Assembly (NCBI GenBank): GCA_964470965.1
Contig: CAYYIS010000001.1
Location: forward strand, 11,990 to 75,989
Reading direction: 5' to 3'
DNA: 64,000 bases
Origin: an uncultured Gemmatimonadota bacterium
Lineage (GTDB): Bacteria; JAAXHH01; JABIQT01
Below are positions 60,952 through 64,000 of this stretch, one piece after another. The translations under genes were made by a program, and so were the position numbers. Under the pieces are notes generated by a model, which was given only the letters and a program-made list of their open reading frames with translations, did no database searches and was not told the origin of the DNA. Position 1 is the stretch's first letter, and the number at the start of each line of letters is the position of its first letter.

Positions 60952-62469
60952 ATGGCCATAAAGCAGCACCCGGACCGGTTAAAGGCAGAATCCTATTGTT
61001 CCCAGTTTATTGACAACGGTATTCCACATCTTATCGCCGGAGAAGCAATACCGTCAGGTTCCGGGGCAATGTTTGACAATTTGACGCCGCTTGACAATAC
61101 GAGCATTTGCTCGGTGGCAGCAGGGGATGGTTCGGATATCGATCGGGCGGCACAGGCTGCGAAGGCTGCGTTCCCGGCCTGGCGGGATATGCCGGCGACC
61201 GACCGAAAGCACCTTCTGCATGCCGTGGCGGATCTTATCGTGGCCAATGCCGAAGAGATCGCTCTTCTGGAGGTATTGGATACAGGGCAGACAATCAAAT
61301 TCATGAGCAAAGCCGCTGAGCGGGCCGCTGAGAACTTCAGGTTCTTTGCCGACCGATCGGAGAGCGCCCGGGATGGACTGGCATTACCTGCAGAAGGTCA
61401 CCTCAATTACACCATCCGCCAGCCTATCGGACCTGTGGGCATTATCACCCCCTGGAACACGCCGTTCATGCTCAGTACCTGGAAAATGGCGCCCGCGTTG
61501 GCCGCCGGTTGCACCGTGGTGCACAAGCCTGCGGAATGGAGTCCGCTAACCGCCATGCGGCTATCCCAGCTGGTCCACGACGCCGGGATACCTCCTGGTG
61601 TGGTGAACGTAGTCAACGGTATCGGTGAGGTGGCCGGCAGAGCATTGACCGAGCATCCTGATATCAAAGCCATCGGATTTGTAGGCGATTCCAAGACCGG
61701 TCGTGCCATCATGCGTCAGGGTTCCGACACGCTAAAGCGAGTGCACTTCGAACTGGGAGGCAAGAATCCGGTTGTGGTGTTTGCAGACGCGGATCTGGAC
61801 CGCGCGCTGGACGCAGCCATCTTCATGATCTACAGCCTCAACGGAGAACGCTGCACCTCGAGCAGCCGTCTACTGGTGGAACGCAGCATCTATGAGGAAT
61901 TTACCACCCGGATGTCGGAGCGGGTTAAAAACATTAAAGTCGGCGATCCATTCGACAGAGGAACCGATCTGGGACCACTGATCCATCCGCTCCATTTGGA
62001 AAAAGTGTTACGTTACGTCTCCATAGGGCAGGAAGAAGGCGCTACACTGGCAGTGGGCGGCGATCGACCGAAAGGCTTTGAACACGGGAACTACTTCGCG
62101 GCGACGCTCTTTACCGAAGCATCAGGCGCCATGCGTATCGCACAGGAAGAAGTGTTCGGCCCGTTTCTGACTGCTCTGCCGTTCGACACGGAAGAAGACG
62201 CACTGGCACTGGCCAACAGCGTCAATTACGGCTTGGCCGCATACCTGTGGACCCGCGATGTCACCCGGGCGCATTCGTTCGCCCAGGGACTGGAAGCAGG
62301 CATGGTGTGGGTGAATTCCCAGAACGTTCGGTATCTGCCCACACCGTTCGGCGGTATGAAATCTAGCGGCATCGGTCGTGACGGCGGTGACTACAGTTTT
62401 GATTTCTACATGGAAACGAAAAACATCGATATCGCTCTGGAAAACCATCGAATCCCAAGGATGGGATAG
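60952..62469 (+). CDS. hpaE: 5-carboxymethyl-2-hydroxymuconate semialdehyde dehydrogenase
   Basis: ITPWNTPFMLSTWK, FELGGKNP, SLNGERCT and VNSQNVR. Confidence 0.92.
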   Translation: MAIKQHPDRLKAESYCSQFIDNGIPHLIAGEAIPSGSGAMFDNLTPLDNTSICSVAAGDGSDIDRAAQAAKAAFPAWRDMPATDRKHLLHAVADLIVANAEEIALLEVLDTGQTIKFMSKAAERAAENFRFFADRSESARDGLALPAEGHLNYTIRQPIGPVGIITPWNTPFMLSTWKMAPALAAGCTVVHKPAEWSPLTAMRLSQLVHDAGIPPGVVNVVNGIGEVAGRALTEHPDIKAIGFVGDSKTGRAIMRQGSDTLKRVHFELGGKNPVVVFADADLDRALDAAIFMIYSLNGERCTSSSRLLVERSIYEEFTTRMSERVKNIKVGDPFDRGTDLGPLIHPLHLEKVLRYVSIGQEEGATLAVGGDRPKGFEHGNYFAATLFTEASGAMRIAQEEVFGPFLTALPFDTEEDALALANSVNYGLAAYLWTRDVTRAHSFAQGLEAGMVWVNSQNVRYLPTPFGGMKSSGIGRDGGDYSFDFYMETKNIDIALENHRIPRMG

Positions 62470-62488
62470 TAAAATCTGAAAGGTCCCC

Positions 62489-63484
62489 ATGCCGATCCCA
62501 CAACCGAATCGCGCACCGCCGTTCAATATTGTGCGTGTCAGCCACGTGGAATTGGGCGTTACCGATCTGGTGCGATCGCGTGAATTTTATGTAGACATAC
62601 TGGGTTACCTCTGTGAAGGTGATACCGGAGACGCCTTGTACCTGCGTGGATTGGAGGAGAGGAATCACCACTCCGTCGTTCTGGTTAAGGGCGAGACGCC
62701 GATGGCGCAGCGGATAGGCTTCAAAGTGGCGAGCGAGGAGGATCTTGACAGGGCAGAGACGTTCTTTCACAGTAGAGGATGTCCCGTGGAATGGGTCGAA
62801 AAATATGCTCAGGGACGCACACTGCATGTCCGCGATCCTTTTGGTACTCCGCTTGAATTTTACTACGAGATGGAACGCCGGGAGCTGATGCTCCAAGAGT
62901 ATACAAAGTACCGTGGTGCTCGGATTCAACGGATCGATCACGTTAATGTGTTCGCCTGCAATGTGAATGCCATCACCCGTTTCTACGTGGGTGAGCTGGG
63001 ATTCCGACTTACTGAGATTACGATGACGGATATCAAAGACGAAGACTCCGATCTTTGGGCCACCTGGACGCATCGCAAAGGAAACGTGCATGACATGGCC
63101 TTCACCAACGGTATCGGTCCCCGCCTGCATCATATCGGTGTCTGGGTGCCAAGCGCGACGGACATCATAAATTTTTGTGATCTGCTGGCCAGTGCGGGGC
63201 ATGTCGGCGCATTCGAACGCGGTCCTGGCCGTCATGGTATCTCTAATGCATTCTTCTTTTACATGCGGGATCCGGACGGGCACCGCATCGAGTTGTTTTC
63301 GAGCGACTACAGCACCGTCGATCCGGATCACCCGCCACGCCTCTGGAACCTGGATGATCCCAGACGCCAGACCCTCTGGGGCCAGGCCGCGCCCCGATCC
63401 TGGTTCGAGGAAGGTGCTGTTTTCGAAGGGACTGAAACGCATCCACCTACACTGAAAGCCAAGCCGATCATCGCACCGGAATAG
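62489..63484 (+). CDS. hpaD: 3,4-dihydroxyphenylacetate 2,3-dioxygenase (VOC extradiol dioxygenase)
   Basis: LRGLEERNHHS, RIDHVN, GNVHDMA, LHH and ERGPGRHGISNAFFFYMRDPDGHRIE. Confidence 0.93.
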   Translation: MPIPQPNRAPPFNIVRVSHVELGVTDLVRSREFYVDILGYLCEGDTGDALYLRGLEERNHHSVVLVKGETPMAQRIGFKVASEEDLDRAETFFHSRGCPVEWVEKYAQGRTLHVRDPFGTPLEFYYEMERRELMLQEYTKYRGARIQRIDHVNVFACNVNAITRFYVGELGFRLTEITMTDIKDEDSDLWATWTHRKGNVHDMAFTNGIGPRLHHIGVWVPSATDIINFCDLLASAGHVGAFERGPGRHGISNAFFFYMRDPDGHRIELFSSDYSTVDPDHPPRLWNLDDPRRQTLWGQAAPRSWFEEGAVFEGTETHPPTLKAKPIIAPE

Positions 63485-63510
63485 TCTTAAGTTCAGTTGA
63501 AAGGTCTTGC

Positions 63511-64000
63511 ATGACCCAGCGCCCTGACTTCCTGAAACTCACCGATTTTGAGGTTGACCCGATCCGTGGTTTCCTCCCTGCCCAGAATCCTGTACAGGAA
63601 CTTCCAAGGGATTATGGAGCCTGGGAGCAGATAGCGGCCGATCTGTCCTCTCTCCTGACGGCGAATCAGCTGCGTCCTGCCATCGACCGACTCTCCGTAC
63701 TCGAAACGTCTAAACTGGTGACACAAGGCCAACTTCAGCGGGCAATGCTGTTGCTGTCTATGTTCGGTAATGCCTACGTGTGTGGGGGCGGCAAGCCGGC
63801 AACCGTTATTCCCCGTGGCCTGTCGGTCCCATGGTCAGAGATCGCTGAACGGGTTGGCCGCCCGATGATCACGTCTCATGCCTCCATCGTTCTGAACAAC
63901 TGGCGTCTCCTTGACGAAACCGGAGAAATCGACCTGGATAATATCGGGGCCCTGCAGCTTTTTTTGGGCGGTATGGACGAAGCGTGGTTCTATCTGGTGA
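63511..64000 (+). CDS. Indoleamine 2,3-dioxygenase-family heme protein, 3'-truncated by the window edge (not in the ORF track)
   Basis: Manual translation, open to nt 64000: MTQRPDFLKLTDFEVDPIRGFLPAQNP...YGAWEQIAADL...RAMLLLSMFGNAYV...VPWSEIAERVGRPMITSHASIVLNNW...FLGGMDEAWFYLV. Confidence 0.85.
   Translation, partial: MTQRPDFLKLTDFEVDPIRGFLPAQNPVQELPRDYGAWEQIAADLSSLLTANQLRPAIDRLSVLETSKLVTQGQLQRAMLLLSMFGNAYVCGGGKPATVIPRGLSVPWSEIAERVGRPMITSHASIVLNNWRLLDETGEIDLDNIGALQLFLGGMDEAWFYLV

Overview
Gene-dense bacterial chromosomal window of moderately high GC with about 45 CDS. I found no rRNA, tRNA, CRISPR array, prophage or intact mobile element. The content is mostly scavenging and catabolic: PLP, TPP and NAD(P) enzymes, a sulfatase, a peptidase, NSS/DASS/CDF/NTT transporters, fhs and cysS. 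This mix suggests an environmental heterotroph, possibly Latescibacterota/Gemmatimonadota-like (inference only). Highlights: (1) a UGSC-family selenoprotein (16447-16986) that the ORF track splits at an in-frame TGA, followed by a SECIS-like hairpin and downstream of its partner gene and a GcvT-type amine dehydrogenase; (2) a homoprotocatechuate meta-cleavage cluster (hpaI, hpaG, hpaE, hpaD) with no hpaBC in view, but containing an aminotransferase, a TPP enzyme, two unknown proteins and an IDO-family heme enzyme missed by the ORF track, a candidate new Tyr/DOPA upper pathway; (3) a ColD/E1-type His-for-Lys sugar dehydratase fused to a GT2-like domain beside a GT-C transferase; (4) a self-contained promoter-to-terminator unit of about 250 nt just upstream of cysS; (5) a Tat-signal HisC-like enzyme with a Gly-rich insertion containing a 33-nt tandem repeat; (6) a decayed sigma54-activator relic. 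Family assignments come from motif recognition only; no searches were run. Several start codons were moved from the ORF track to RBS-supported positions.
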